From the NCBI GenBank assembly GCA_963733035.1, contig CAVTBU010000005.1, positions 992,001-1,056,000 of the forward strand: a DNA stretch of 64,000 nucleotides, given 5' to 3'. Below the pieces are notes generated by a model. The model was not told where the DNA came from and did no database searches. It saw only the letters and a list, made by a program, of their open reading frames with translations. Below, piece after piece: positions 62,872 through 64,000 of the stretch (position 1 is its first letter; each line of letters opens with the position of its first letter). A program made the translations under genes and the position numbers. The stretch comes from Pirellulales bacterium (GTDB lineage Bacteria; Planctomycetota; Planctomycetia; Pirellulales; PALSA-1355).

Positions 62872-62985
62872 GAAACAAAAAAGCCGACGCGGTGGTATAC
62901 CCCGAGGTACATCACCGCGTCGGCTTACTCGTCAACGGGCCGCCCGCTGGCAACTGGGCTGCCCTTCAGTTAGTCATCCGACGAT
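62872..62985 (-). promoter_or_regulatory. conserved leader RNA with overlapping intrinsic terminator, copy 2
   Basis: Near-identical to 61632-61745; AAGCCGACGCGGUG...CACCGCGUCGGC-U6. Confidence 0.85.
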
Positions 62986-63040
62986 TCAAAAACCCGCTGC
63001 GGCCAGATCGGAACTGATTATCCGCGCTAGCTCACCCCTA

Positions 63041-63072
63041 AGTTTAACCTTCCCATGGTGGAAAGCAAACGA
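63041..63072 (-). promoter_or_regulatory. sigma70-like promoter for leader copy 2
   Basis: tcgtTTGCTT-N16-TAAACT. Confidence 0.6.
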
Positions 63073-63219
63073 CTGCCATCTTGACATCACCTATTTGGCT
63101 GGCATACAGCTTTTCGCCCGCGAGACTGCCAGTGCCTGTTTTCGAGAACAATTTAGAGTTAGAATCGGACAGGCATTCCGGACGAGCCGTCGCCCACGCA
63201 ATGTATCTGTTGAATCACA

Positions 63220-63600
63220 ATGAAAAGTCAAGGAGAAATTGAAGCAGCGATCTGCGCGGGACTGAATCGCTTTGAACAAGAATACATGGGGCGAGGGCCG
63301 AAGCAGATTCACGCACACCTGATTGGCGATTGCCTGATCATTCGGCTGCACGGTGTTTTGACCGCGGCCGAAAAACAATTGGTGAAGACCTTGCCGGCGG
63401 AGAAAGGAAGGGATTTGCTCAAGCAAGTTCGAACACATCTCATCGAAACCGCACGGCCGGTCATGGAGGCGATGGTCGAGGAAGTGACGGGCGTAAAGGT
63501 CGTGAGCTTGCACCACGACATCAGCACGACGACTGCCGAGGAAGTGGTGCTCTTCACGCTGGCGACTGCGCCTGCTTTCCGCGAAACGCGAAAAAAATAG
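63220..63600 (+). CDS. DUF2294 / MpsC-family protein
   Basis: FEQEYMGRGP......L.IRL.GVLTAAEKQL..GRDLLKQVR..TGVKV.SLHHDIST.T.EEV. Confidence 0.85.
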   Translation: MKSQGEIEAAICAGLNRFEQEYMGRGPKQIHAHLIGDCLIIRLHGVLTAAEKQLVKTLPAEKGRDLLKQVRTHLIETARPVMEAMVEEVTGVKVVSLHHDISTTTAEEVVLFTLATAPAFRETRKK

Positions 63601-63620
63601 CTCATTGCCAACGAGCGTAC

Positions 63621-63971
63621 TCAATTGCCAGAGTTGCTCGATTCTTGAGCGCGAAACTGGCCGAGACGCTCCGCCTCGGCCGCTCGCAATTCCGCATGGA
63701 CACGTTGGCAATGGACGTTCGCATGCGTCAGACGGTAGTCCAGCCACTCCTTGTCGACGCTCAGGAACCGCCCCATCGCCTGTTCGCGGTCCATCCAATC
63801 TTGCAGGTAGTTGCGGCGGATCTCCGAGAGATCGGCCAACAACACTTGAACGCTCAAGGTATCCGCGTAGTCAGGATAGAACGTAGCTTGCAACCTACGA
63901 CGAAATGCAAGCAGCGCTTCGGCGTCGGTAATCTGCTCGTCCGCCAAATGCAGATACATTTTGTCATGCAA
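63621..63971 (-). CDS. hypothetical helical protein
   Basis: 116-aa ORF converging on the DUF2294 gene. Confidence 0.45.
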   Translation of the reverse strand: MHDKMYLHLADEQITDAEALLAFRRRLQATFYPDYADTLSVQVLLADLSEIRRNYLQDWMDREQAMGRFLSVDKEWLDYRLTHANVHCQRVHAELRAAEAERLGQFRAQESSNSGN

Positions 63972-64000
63972 ACTATGCTGCTCTGGCGCCGGATCCGCCT

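Noticed and set aside
63058..63080. Sigma-54 promoter TGGCAG...TTGCT on minus strand
   Set aside because: GG-to-GC spacing is 9 nt rather than the required 10; a sigma70-like reading fits better.

Overview
Gene-dense bacterial DNA that looks like a planctomycete (Pirellulales-like; inferred from the H4MPT-linked Mtd, DUF1598, Cys-rich secreted proteins, PEP-CTERM and giant hypothetical membrane proteins). About 1-56 kb is mostly housekeeping and lineage-typical genes: mtd, bshB1, xerC, two response regulators, an HTTM pair, a ClpP-like protease, apbE, dedA, a divergent pgk, ygfZ, uxaC, suhB, a 1138/2340-aa membrane protein pair, wza, a TPR protein, a KaiC-like ATPase and lpxA. At least four genes carry single-base frameshifts that look like sequencing indels. 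About 57-64 kb is an accessory block: GH130, a six-hairpin-like protein, GT4, small membrane proteins, csrA, two DUF2294/MpsC-family genes and a cold-shock-like protein. The best candidate for an undescribed system is in this block. Two copies of a ~110-nt structured leader RNA (61632-61745 and 62872-62985, minus strand) each have a conserved 5' stem that overlaps a covarying intrinsic terminator. Each copy sits behind the same TTGCTT-N16-TANNNT promoter and near a DUF2294 gene, which suggests a riboswitch or protein-dependent attenuator. A separate structured small RNA candidate lies at about 35.1-35.26 kb. All family assignments come from motif recognition by eye, not from database searches.
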